Shown: positions 1 to 7,943 of the stretch, piece after piece
Layout: each line of letters starts with the position of its first letter
Position numbering within the stretch: the first letter of the stretch is position 1
NCBI GenBank assembly: GCA_964573695.1
Contig: CAZNKB010000002.1
Coordinates: 109,898-173,897 of the forward strand
Source of the DNA: an uncultured Gammaproteobacteria bacterium
GTDB taxonomy: Bacteria > Patescibacteriota > Microgenomatia > UBA10105 > UBA927
Direction: 5' to 3'
DNA length: 64,000 bases
Notes under the pieces: generated by a model
Database searches by the model: none
What the model was told of the DNA's origin: nothing
What the model saw: only the letters and a program-made list of their open reading frames with translations
Program-made: the position numbers and the translations under genes

Positions 1-719
1 GCCGTAATCCAATTCACAATCGGGTTCCCGTACATCCGGAAAAAAATATCCACTGTCCCATTTCTCAGACCAAGAAAAACAAACACCGCGAGAAAACACT
101 GCCACACCGCCATGGATACCCTCTCCCACCGGGAAGCAGCTATCCACGCGCCGACACACATATACGCGGCAAACAGTATTGACACGTCGTACGAAAACGG
201 CAACCGCACCTGTTGCGGATTGATCATGAATGCTATGACCGCAAGTACGTGAGCCATGATCAACAACCCAAACCGTGTATGCTTACGCATCGGCTCTCGC
301 ACGACGGCAAATAACACTGCCGCGACAAAAAATGACGGCAAAAACCAAAGCGGACCGTTATAAACAATTCCCACGCCCGTAAACAATTGCCATAACCCCT
401 CCTGCCACGACACGAAAAGCACACTTCCAGGCGCGTACCACCGGAGAAAAAACCATATAACAAATGACAATAATCCATAAAACAGGTAGGGCAAAAGAAG
501 CGACACCGTGCGCGCCTTCACAAGCGCCATGAATGATCGCGAGGTATGTTGGGCACCGGTCGTCATGCCATAAAGCAGCGCAAACACCGGGAGCATCCAC
601 GGTGTGATGAGAGGAAGCAACTGATGTTGCAAGGGTAATAGATCGGTGTGGTAAGCAATCACCGTTACGATCGCTATCCCCCGCGCAATATCGACATAGG
701 TAAGCCTTGGTGACGCCAT
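1..719 (-). CDS. Acyltransferase family 3 (OafA/YrhL-like) membrane protein, partial (C-terminus runs off window start)
   Basis: Own reverse translation from ATG at 719: MASPRLTYVDIARGIAIVTVIAYH..., the typical acyltransferase-3 N-terminus, then several hydrophobic helices. Reading frame stays open to position 1. Not in ORF track because it has no stop. Confidence 0.55.
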   Translation of the reverse strand, partial: MASPRLTYVDIARGIAIVTVIAYHTDLLPLQHQLLPLITPWMLPVFALLYGMTTGAQHTSRSFMALVKARTVSLLLPYLFYGLLSFVIWFFLRWYAPGSVLFVSWQEGLWQLFTGVGIVYNGPLWFLPSFFVAAVLFAVVREPMRKHTRFGLLIMAHVLAVIAFMINPQQVRLPFSYDVSILFAAYMCVGAWIAASRWERVSMAVWQCFLAVFVFLGLRNGTVDIFFRMYGNPIVNWIT

Positions 720-729
720 AATACGGCGC

Positions 730-1425
730 TTATCGCGCAAATAAATTCTTATACAAGAGTAGCCAATACATCAGTCCCTCCATATACCCAAAGCAAAGGG
801 CGATCACTACTCCCCGCCAGCCGTCGCGCCAGCCTTCGTCTTTTATGGCACGCGCCCACACCATGTGCGGAGCATAGAGGAATAATTTTTTGAGGGTAAC
901 CCTCTCGCCTGCCTTCCTCTTCTCTCCAGCCATTTGCCAAGCGTATTTGGTAAATTTTTTAATTATTTGAATAAAGGACCGGTATGAATTGTGATAAATG
1001 GTTCCTTTCAATCTACCAATTTTTCCTATGGTAGCTATTTCTTCATGCACAGGTGCCAATATGACCCGGCCAAATTGCTTTCTAAATAATCTCGCTTTTG
1101 CGTAGTTCTCCCCTCCAAACTTAATTTGCTTACCAAACGCATAATTTCGATAAGGTATTTCATAAGCATGAATTCCCACAATTGGTTTTTCTATTATTTT
1201 TTTAATCTCAATAAGGGCCTCTTTTGAGATCAGCTCATCTGTATCAAGAACAAGAACCCAGTCATACGCAGCTTGATTAACTAAATTATTTTTTCTTAAT
1301 CCTAACGGCATAGCAGTGCCTGAAGATATATTTATTAGTAACTGAGGTGATAAAGGAGCTACGCTGGCAATCGCTAACGTTAACATTTTATCAATTTTGT
1401 TACTAATAATTACTAACGTAAGCAT
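730..1425 (-). CDS. Glycosyltransferase family 2-like protein
   Basis: 231 aa. DTDE (DxD-like) motif and GT-A-type layout. Low-GC region. Confidence 0.55.
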   Translation of the reverse strand: MLTLVIISNKIDKMLTLAIASVAPLSPQLLINISSGTAMPLGLRKNNLVNQAAYDWVLVLDTDELISKEALIEIKKIIEKPIVGIHAYEIPYRNYAFGKQIKFGGENYAKARLFRKQFGRVILAPVHEEIATIGKIGRLKGTIYHNSYRSFIQIIKKFTKYAWQMAGEKRKAGERVTLKKLFLYAPHMVWARAIKDEGWRDGWRGVVIALCFGYMEGLMYWLLLYKNLFAR

Positions 1426-1428
1426 AAT

Positions 1429-2280
1429 TTATTCTTTTTGAGCTAATACAACAACAAGACCACCTTTGTTTATTAGCCAAGAAAATCTCTCTAACACAAT
1501 TAATAGGGGCATTAACGAATAGAAAATGATTTTAGTAATAACATTTTTTGAAAATCTTCCTTTTACATTTAAAATAAAATCGCTTGTATCCTCATATGTA
1601 TAATTTTTTAAAATTGTAAATCCGTTGGAGGTCAAAAATTTATTTAGGCTATTTACCGAAAAATGCACCGTATGATCTGGTGGAGACCACCAATCCCATT
1701 TATTCCCTGATAAAATGGCCATTAAACTTACATAATTTGGAGCTTGAATTAAAATAGTGCCCTTAGGCTTTATTACTCTTCTTATCTCAATAATGTTTTC
1801 TTTAAGATTTACACTATGCTCTAAAACATCGAGACAAGAAAGAACGTCGAAATAATTTTTTGGGTATGGAATACTATTCATTTTACCAATCTTTACATCA
1901 ATACCAGTATTTCTGCGCGCAATTTCTCTTAATTCTTTATTCGGTTCGATGCCAAATACTTTTAAATTTGTATTTGCTGTATCTAAAACATAGTGAATAA
2001 AATAGCCCGTACCACAACCAATATCCAATAATTTCCCTTTGATATTATATTTGGTAAAAAGTGCCAGATATCTTTGATATCTTTTTTGAATCCTGGGGAG
2101 ATTATTTTTGTACTCAGATGCGTATTTTTGAGAGTAAGTTTTGATATTGTTCGCCTCAACGATTTCACTTTTAACCTCAGTGCAAAGAATGCCACAATTT
2201 CTGCAGCGACTGATCCTATATTTATTAACTAATATGTATTTAGTAAACTCTCTCAAGCCACACGAGGGACACTGAAACAT
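1429..2280 (-). CDS. Class I SAM-dependent methyltransferase with N-terminal CxxC...CxxC zinc ribbon
   Basis: 283 aa. MFQCPSCG...CRNCG zinc ribbon followed by LDIGCGTGYF (SAM motif I). Very AT-rich gene. Confidence 0.65.
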   Translation of the reverse strand: MFQCPSCGLREFTKYILVNKYRISRCRNCGILCTEVKSEIVEANNIKTYSQKYASEYKNNLPRIQKRYQRYLALFTKYNIKGKLLDIGCGTGYFIHYVLDTANTNLKVFGIEPNKELREIARRNTGIDVKIGKMNSIPYPKNYFDVLSCLDVLEHSVNLKENIIEIRRVIKPKGTILIQAPNYVSLMAILSGNKWDWWSPPDHTVHFSVNSLNKFLTSNGFTILKNYTYEDTSDFILNVKGRFSKNVITKIIFYSLMPLLIVLERFSWLINKGGLVVVLAQKE

Positions 2281-2380
2281 GAGGCTAGTTTAACATATTC
2301 GTATATTGTGAGTTGCAGTACATACAGCTCACAGCTCAAATGTTATCTTCAGAAAGTCTTACAATCGCAGGAGAAATTTA

Positions 2381-4402
2381 GTGAAAAAAATCCTGTCCGC
2401 TCTAGCAGTTACACTAATCTTATTTGCTATCCTTTTGCCTTCAACTGTTAAGGCAGATGTAATTTTTGCAGACTCATTTTTTGAAGGATACAATGAGTCA
2501 GCTTGGCATACGCCAGCAGAATCAACCTCACCTGTACCTTCTACATTTGGAATTACCGGCGTAAATTCTAATACTTGGAGTGTTATTGAATACTTAACTA
2601 ACTGGAACAACACTTATGAGATTCAGTTTGATATAAAAATTAATAACAATAACAGCCCACATACGTGGGGAATCGGTATAGGGGACAACGCTAACCACTG
2701 GAAAATTTTAAATACATGGCAATCTTCTTTACAACTTCACGATTCAAATGGACAAGATAAGTTAATCCCCTGGGATCATTCTATAGGAATTCACCATTTT
2801 AAGATTCGTATCTCTCCCCAGGGAGATACATTAATTACTGTTATTGAAGGTGAAGAACAACTTCCAACACTTTTGACAACAACCGATTTTACGATTACTA
2901 AGGTATGGGTTTCTTTTTTAGGCAATGGTGATTACGAAATGGCCAACTTTGTTCTCTCAACGTACGACCCGCCTACTCCAACAAACACCCCCACACCAAC
3001 TCCGAGCAACACACCGACTCCAACAAACACCCCCACACCAACTCCGAGCAACACACCGACTCCAACATTAACCCCCACACCAACTCCCACACCAACTCCT
3101 ACGGCCGAACCCACACCCGCTCTTCCCAAGAAAGTCATTGTACTTCATGGGGCTGGAGGAAGCTGGAATAAAGATGCCCTCATAAACTGTAAAACGGATA
3201 ATTATTCAGGTGCGTGGTCGCCATGGCGAATATCCAATTTTGATATCTACCAGCCACTCATAAACGCTATAGACGCTGCCGGCTTTACCTCAGTTCCCTA
3301 TTATTATGACTGGCGCCAAGTTGCGACGAATACAAGTGGAAAGTTTAACTCATACATCTCCTCCAGGTTAGCTTCAGATGAAACATTCGATATTGTTGGT
3401 CACAGTTTCGGAGGACTTGTTGCCCGCGCCTATATGGAATCCACACAGGAAAACAGCCGTGTAGACAAACTATTAACGGTCGGCTCTCCTCATCAAGGAT
3501 CTGTTTTTGCCTACCCCGCGTGGTCAGGCGGTGAAATGTGGTTAGATGACGCGGCTATGCGGCTTGGTTACACGATTATGAAAATCGGCTGTCTTCGTCG
3601 GGGAATGACCGCCCGGGAAATGATAACGAAAACTATGCCTTCCGTCCAGAATATTTTACCCACCTTCGATTATCTCAAGGACACCAAAGGCAATCTGAAA
3701 CCGCTTTCAGCCATGGCGGCAAAAAATAATTGGCTGCCGACCTCTTTTGCGTCTCCCTATTTTAATACGACGATCGAAACAATTACTGGCAGTGGATACA
3801 ACACACTGAACACGCTTGAAATTAAAGACGCAGGCAAGTTGGATAAACGGCTCGGTAATTGGTTAGACGGCAAACCTACAAACGATAAAACATATAGCGA
3901 CGGTGACGGTACAGTATTAGCACAAAGCGCTCAATTGCCAGGCGCCCTAAATACAATCCTTCCGCTTGATCACGCCGCACTTATGTATGACCCTTCTGGT
4001 ATCGCCTCCATTATCCGTTTTCTTCATGGACAGCCTCCACCTCAACCACTACGCCTAAATAATCAACTGGAAATAGAACATAAAGTGCCACGCAAAACAG
4101 CAGCGCTCATGGTTATTGTAGACGGAGCGCGCGCCACACTTACGGACAACAAGGGGAATATTACAAAGGATTCGGAAGGCCAAATAACAATTCTTGATCC
4201 GAGCCCGAAAACATACACCTTAACAGTCACTCCCGAACATAAGTGGTGGTGGAAATCCAAATATAAATTAATCGTTGTGCAACTATTTGAGGACGGATCA
4301 TATAAGTGGAAAGAATACGATCGGTACAATCCCACAAAAAAGCGCTTTAAGATCCTTTTCGACAACACAAACAGACACGACGATATTCTTCAAGATCATT
4401 AG
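2381..4402 (+). CDS. Secreted multidomain lipase/esterase (alpha/beta hydrolase, GHSFGG nucleophile elbow) with N-terminal beta-sandwich-like domain, Pro/Thr linker and C-terminal domain
   Basis: GTG start preceded by AGGAGA. Signal peptide MKKILSALAVTLILFAILLPSTVKA. PT-rich linker. GHSFGG (Ser), SDGDGTV (Asp), LDHAAL (His). 673 aa. Confidence 0.7.
   Translation: MKKILSALAVTLILFAILLPSTVKADVIFADSFFEGYNESAWHTPAESTSPVPSTFGITGVNSNTWSVIEYLTNWNNTYEIQFDIKINNNNSPHTWGIGIGDNANHWKILNTWQSSLQLHDSNGQDKLIPWDHSIGIHHFKIRISPQGDTLITVIEGEEQLPTLLTTTDFTITKVWVSFLGNGDYEMANFVLSTYDPPTPTNTPTPTPSNTPTPTNTPTPTPSNTPTPTLTPTPTPTPTPTAEPTPALPKKVIVLHGAGGSWNKDALINCKTDNYSGAWSPWRISNFDIYQPLINAIDAAGFTSVPYYYDWRQVATNTSGKFNSYISSRLASDETFDIVGHSFGGLVARAYMESTQENSRVDKLLTVGSPHQGSVFAYPAWSGGEMWLDDAAMRLGYTIMKIGCLRRGMTAREMITKTMPSVQNILPTFDYLKDTKGNLKPLSAMAAKNNWLPTSFASPYFNTTIETITGSGYNTLNTLEIKDAGKLDKRLGNWLDGKPTNDKTYSDGDGTVLAQSAQLPGALNTILPLDHAALMYDPSGIASIIRFLHGQPPPQPLRLNNQLEIEHKVPRKTAALMVIVDGARATLTDNKGNITKDSEGQITILDPSPKTYTLTVTPEHKWWWKSKYKLIVVQLFEDGSYKWKEYDRYNPTKKRFKILFDNTNRHDDILQDH
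2975..3100 (+). repeat. Perfect 42-bp tandem duplication (x2) plus a degenerate third unit encoding the (P-T-P-T/N/S) linker
   Basis: 2975-3016 and 3017-3058 are identical (actccaacaaacacccccacaccaactccgagcaacacaccg). 3059-3100 is a diverged copy. Confidence 0.85.
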
Positions 4403-4428
4403 CTTCACACATCGGAAGTGTGAAGCTA
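4402..4428 (+). terminator. Hairpin immediately after lipase stop codon (possible terminator, weak U-tract)
   Basis: agcttcacac-atcggaa-gtgtgaagct, a perfect 10-bp inverted repeat. Downstream is not U-rich. Confidence 0.3.
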
Positions 4429-4474
4429 ATGATAGAACTGAGGATAGATACCATAAATTTCAAAAAAGCGCCTA

Positions 4475-4502
4475 TTGACCTTCTAAATAGCTCATGTATA
4501 AT
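4475..4502 (+). promoter_or_regulatory. Sigma70-like promoter TTGACC-N16-TATAAT
   Basis: TTGACC at 4475-4480, TATAAT at 4497-4502. RBS AGGAGGA at 4529-4535 sits before the ATG at 4542. Confidence 0.45.
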
Positions 4503-4541
4503 CCATATAAATTAGCTGCCCGCATTTAAGGAGGAATCAGT

Positions 4542-4766
4542 ATGAAAGGTAGAAATTCAAGACAACAAGCAGGTATGATCCGCGCACAAGGTCGGAAACG
4601 CCATAATCGCGCACTCCGTGAAGAGCAGCTCCGTGGAGAAGCAATGCAATTAGGTATCCCACTCCAAGAACACAAACAAAATTTGTTTGACGAAGTACAA
4701 TTCTTGCGTAAGCACCCACCGGTTCGAGAACAAAAACCGAACCGCAGAGAGTCCTATTTGTGGTAA
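4542..4766 (+). CDS. Small basic hypothetical protein (74 aa)
   Basis: Strong RBS and near-consensus promoter. Arg/Lys-rich. No recognisable family. Confidence 0.4.
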   Translation: MKGRNSRQQAGMIRAQGRKRHNRALREEQLRGEAMQLGIPLQEHKQNLFDEVQFLRKHPPVREQKPNRRESYLW

Positions 4767-4779
4767 TACAATAGCTCAC

Positions 4780-5169
4780 TTATATCGCTCGTTCCGGCTT
4801 CACAAACACGACTTCATGGCCGAGCTCATGGTGCTGCATAGCCGTATCTTCTGCAATGTGAAATCGGATCCTATCCCGTAAATTTTTGACCTGGCCTTCA
4901 AAAAATACCCGTTCACAGCTGGAACAGTAAAGCCTACGCACAGAAGGCTTGCCTTCTGCCTTATAAAGGATTGTCGCGAAAAATCTATGCTGCCAATCGT
5001 GATACCACGTAGGACTGGTAAATTCCGTAGACCGGGATCGTCTTGGGCGCATATTGGGAGCATTGTACGCCCCAAAGGCAATTTGTCCAATGACCAATTC
5101 TACAGCGTGGGAGTGGCCGACGGTGTGGCCTGTGTTGGTTTTGGGGTAGCAGTTACCGGCAGTGGGCAC
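4780..5169 (-). CDS. Hypothetical protein with C-terminal HEXXH (HELGH). Overlaps the 3' end of the nuclease gene in another frame; possibly a frameshifted C-terminal extension of the nuclease.
   Basis: 129-aa ORF overlapping 5100-5169. Cys/His-rich. Upstream gene ends abruptly after a PT linker. Confidence 0.25.
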   Translation of the reverse strand: MPTAGNCYPKTNTGHTVGHSHAVELVIGQIAFGAYNAPNMRPRRSRSTEFTSPTWYHDWQHRFFATILYKAEGKPSVRRLYCSSCERVFFEGQVKNLRDRIRFHIAEDTAMQHHELGHEVVFVKPERAI

Positions 5170-5720
5170 TCACCGCTCCAAAGCCCTTTCTTCTCCTCTA
5201 GCGCCAGACGCTGTGCCTCTACAAAAAGGGATTGGTACTTCACATCCGGCGGATAGGTGCTCACCTGGGCAAATCCCTCTCGCACCAGCTGTTCATTGAT
5301 CAGGCTATCCCCGACCCACACAAACCGAAGCAATCGGCCGTACCGGTCACGCTGCGACACGTCTTTTTCCAGTTCTACTGTTTTACCCTGCACGAGTTCT
5401 TTGTTTCGGGCTGACGCTTCACGCCCCATGCACTCGACTGGTCGATTGGGGGCTACCGTTTCCGGCGTATTTATCCCGATATAGCGGACTACCTCTCCTC
5501 CTTCTATCTTGATCGTGTCACCGTCCACGACACTTACAACAGTCGTAAATATTCCACCATGCTTGGCTTCTAAAGTAGCAGAAGGACTCGCCATCGAAGT
5601 CGGAAGTGGCGTAGGAGTGGGCTTCGGTACTGTTTCCTTGGCCTTGCCGGTTCCCAGAAGATACGAGATCAGAATGAGCGAAAACCCAACTACGAGGCGG
5701 ATAAGTCGTTTGTTGGTCAT
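5100..5720 (-). CDS. Thermonuclease (staphylococcal nuclease/SNase) family secreted nuclease with N-terminal membrane anchor/signal and C-terminal PT-rich tail
   Basis: VVDGDTIKI ... RYIGINTPE motifs. N-terminal hydrophobic segment LIRLVVGFSLILISYLL. Confidence 0.8.
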   Translation of the reverse strand: MTNKRLIRLVVGFSLILISYLLGTGKAKETVPKPTPTPLPTSMASPSATLEAKHGGIFTTVVSVVDGDTIKIEGGEVVRYIGINTPETVAPNRPVECMGREASARNKELVQGKTVELEKDVSQRDRYGRLLRFVWVGDSLINEQLVREGFAQVSTYPPDVKYQSLFVEAQRLALEEKKGLWSGECPLPVTATPKPTQATPSATPTL

Positions 5721-5723
5721 AGA

Positions 5724-6077
5724 TTATCCTGCTGATACGCCGTCGGGCACAGGAGCTTCCGGTTGAGCAAAAACAGGTGTGATACCGTTTGCATATCCTA
5801 TATCGAACATCATGCCTTCAGAAATCTCGCCCATGAGTTTTTTCGGCTCAAGGTTTACGACAAAAAGCGCCTGCTTCCCTACGACATCCGCCACATTGGC
5901 GCGTTCTTTTTTTAGCCCGACGAGGATGCGTCTGGTAAATGCGCCGAAATTTACGGTCAAACGTACAAGTTTGTCCGAACCCGCGACGTCTTCAACGCTG
6001 GTAATCGTCCCGACTCGGATATCTACCTTCTCAAGGTCGGAGAATTGTATGGTCGGCTTGAGGGGAAGGATGTTCAT
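5724..6077 (-). CDS. tRNA-binding protein (CsaA/Trbp111, EMAP-like OB fold)
   Basis: KVDIRVGTI...SDKLVRLTVNFG...VVNLEPKKLMGEISEGMM, matching the tRNA-binding domain. Confidence 0.75.
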   Translation of the reverse strand: MNILPLKPTIQFSDLEKVDIRVGTITSVEDVAGSDKLVRLTVNFGAFTRRILVGLKKERANVADVVGKQALFVVNLEPKKLMGEISEGMMFDIGYANGITPVFAQPEAPVPDGVSAG

Positions 6078-6079
6078 AC

Positions 6080-6156
6080 TGGTGGACCCGAGAGGACTTG
6101 AACCTCTGACCTTTTCAATGTCAATGAAACGCTCTAGCCAGCTGAGCTACGGGTCC
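6080..6156 (-). tRNA. tRNA-Val (anticodon GAC), CCA encoded
   Basis: Reverse complement is GGACCCGTAGCTCAGCTGGCTAGAGCG-TTTCA-TTGACAT-TGAAA-AGGTC-AGAGGTTCAAGTCCTCT-CGGGTCC-ACCA, a cloverleaf with GTTCAAGT in the T-loop. TATAAT -10 at 6171-6176 on the minus strand. Confidence 0.85.
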
Positions 6157-6231
6157 TATAAAACTCACTTATTATACCTTCTTTTCCACCGCTTGACCAC
6201 CTACATACAGTACACTACACTAAAAATACGT

Positions 6232-6795
6232 ATGCTCAAGCTACTGGGTAAAGGTGTTGCGGCGGTGTTTGATTTTCTCCAGGGAATCGTGGCTATCGCA
6301 GCCGTTATGGTCATGGTGTATCTCTTTATCATGTCTCCGCAGGAAGTGAGCGGTCACTCCATGGAACCCAATTTCCAAAACGGCGACTACATTCTCACCA
6401 ACAAAGTCATCTATAAGCTAAAAGACCCGCAGCGCGGAGATATCGTCATTTTTAAATCCCCGTCAAACAAAGATATCGATTACATCAAGCGTGTGATTGG
6501 ACTCCCGGGAGAGACAGTGATGCTGAGCAAACAACATTTTTACATCAATGGTAAATTGCTCGAGGAACGCTATGAGTACAACAAGCCGGTTTATGGCGAA
6601 TCATTTATGCAGGAAGACGAAGTCATAGAAATTCCAACGGATCATTATTTTGTCGTCGGAGACAACCGCCCGGGAAGTTCGGATTCCCGAGAGTTTGGCC
6701 CGGTTTCCAAGTACGATTTCATCGGACAGGCTTTCCTCCGCTACTGGCCCACGAAAGATTTTGGAATCCTTCCTCATCCCACCTACGACTTCTGA
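6232..6795 (+). CDS. lepB: Signal peptidase I
   Basis: SGHSMEPN (catalytic Ser box), IKRVIGLPGE, GDNRPGSSDSR boxes. N-terminal transmembrane helix. Confidence 0.85.
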   Translation: MLKLLGKGVAAVFDFLQGIVAIAAVMVMVYLFIMSPQEVSGHSMEPNFQNGDYILTNKVIYKLKDPQRGDIVIFKSPSNKDIDYIKRVIGLPGETVMLSKQHFYINGKLLEERYEYNKPVYGESFMQEDEVIEIPTDHYFVVGDNRPGSSDSREFGPVSKYDFIGQAFLRYWPTKDFGILPHPTYDF

Positions 6796-6862
6796 CGCAC
6801 GCAAAAAAACCAATGTCTTTCCGTGTGTGGGAGTTATGCATGCTACACGAGGACGACGCGTG

Positions 6863-7678
6863 TTATTTTTTACCCGAAAGTTTTTCGTGAACCAGTTTGA
6901 GGGCCTGGCTGGTCGTCTCTAAATTGCCGCGTATCACAAATACGAGCCGTGCTTCCACTTTGGATTGGGTAATTTTTACCAACCCGTTGACGGACTGCGC
7001 CAAATCTTTGGCTATCGCATCCAGTTCATCGGAATGAATACGCTCGATTTTGTGAGCTGGCTGTTGATCGGAATTTGCCTTGAGTCTGCGGGCCAAGTCT
7101 TCGGCTCTGCGAACTGACGCGCTTTCGGATAATATCGTCTTATACGCATCCACCATGAGCTTGACGTCGTTGAGCCCTGCGATTGCGCGGGCGTGTCCTT
7201 CACTGATCGCTCCTGATACCAATCCGTCTTTAATCGCATCCGGTAATGCCAGCAACCGCATGGTGTTGGACACATAAGATTCGCTTTTTCCGATCCGCTT
7301 TGCAATCATCGTGACAGCCAACCCGAATTCCTCGATCAAGCGCTGGAATGCGAGCGCGCGATCAATGGGATTTAGGTCTACGCGCTGGACGTTTTCGACA
7401 AGCGCCATTTCCAACATGCCCTTGGCGGATGTTTCTTTGATGATAACGGGCACGGTGGTAAGTCCGGCTACTTTGGAAGCTCTCCAGCGACGTTCCCCGG
7501 CGATAATCTGGTATCCGGCGGGTGTTTTGGCGATAACAAGCGGCTCTATGATGCCGTGCTCTTTGATTGAATCAACGAGGTCTGCCAACTGCTCCGGATT
7601 GATCATTCCCCGCGGTTGGAGCGGGTTCGGTTGTAATAGATCTAAGTCTAAATGCAGGATCTGTTGGGTATCTGCCAT
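6863..7678 (-). CDS. parB: ParB/Spo0J family chromosome partitioning protein (no adjacent parA)
   Basis: GERRWRA motif plus HTH. Start chosen at MADTQ (7678) because rpmA ends at 7683. Confidence 0.8.
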   Translation of the reverse strand: MADTQQILHLDLDLLQPNPLQPRGMINPEQLADLVDSIKEHGIIEPLVIAKTPAGYQIIAGERRWRASKVAGLTTVPVIIKETSAKGMLEMALVENVQRVDLNPIDRALAFQRLIEEFGLAVTMIAKRIGKSESYVSNTMRLLALPDAIKDGLVSGAISEGHARAIAGLNDVKLMVDAYKTILSESASVRRAEDLARRLKANSDQQPAHKIERIHSDELDAIAKDLAQSVNGLVKITQSKVEARLVFVIRGNLETTSQALKLVHEKLSGKK

Positions 7679-7682
7679 TGAT

Positions 7683-7940
7683 TTATCCGTGCGAGGGCAA
7701 GACCGACACGTACCGTTTACCACGCTTGGTGATAAAAGAAACTACGCCAGCTACCGTTGCAAATATGGTGAAGTCTTTCCCCATGTCTACACCGGTTCCG
7801 GGATAAAATTTCGATCCTTTTTGCCGGACGATCACGTTTCCGGCAATGGCCTGTTGGCCACCATAAATCTTCACGCCTAAACGTTTCGAAATCGAATCTT
7901 TATTCCCTTTGGCGGTTCCGCCTGCTTTTACGTGTGCCAT
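7683..7940 (-). CDS. rpmA: 50S ribosomal protein L27
   Basis: [16 protein letters not shown]... matches the canonical L27 N-terminus (MAHKKGGGS...). Confidence 0.9.
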   Translation of the reverse strand: MAHVKAGGTAKGNKDSISKRLGVKIYGGQQAIAGNVIVRQKGSKFYPGTGVDMGKDFTIFATVAGVVSFITKRGKRYVSVLPSHG

Positions 7941-7943
7941 AAA

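Noticed and set aside
2307-2333. CRP/FNR binding site
   Set aside because: The half-sites TGTGA/TCACA are present but separated by 15-16 nt rather than 6, so it is not a canonical CRP site. Retained only as a generic inverted repeat.
4987-5484. Plus-strand ORFs (4987-5256, 5232-5414, 5257-5484) antisense to the nuclease gene
   Set aside because: They overlap a well-supported SNase CDS on the opposite strand. The translations are low-complexity and Ser/Arg-rich, typical of antisense artefacts.
6796-6862. Bidirectional intrinsic terminator between lepB and parB
   Set aside because: Only a weak 5-bp stem (ACACG/CGTGT) next to a T-run. This is insufficient to annotate as a terminator.
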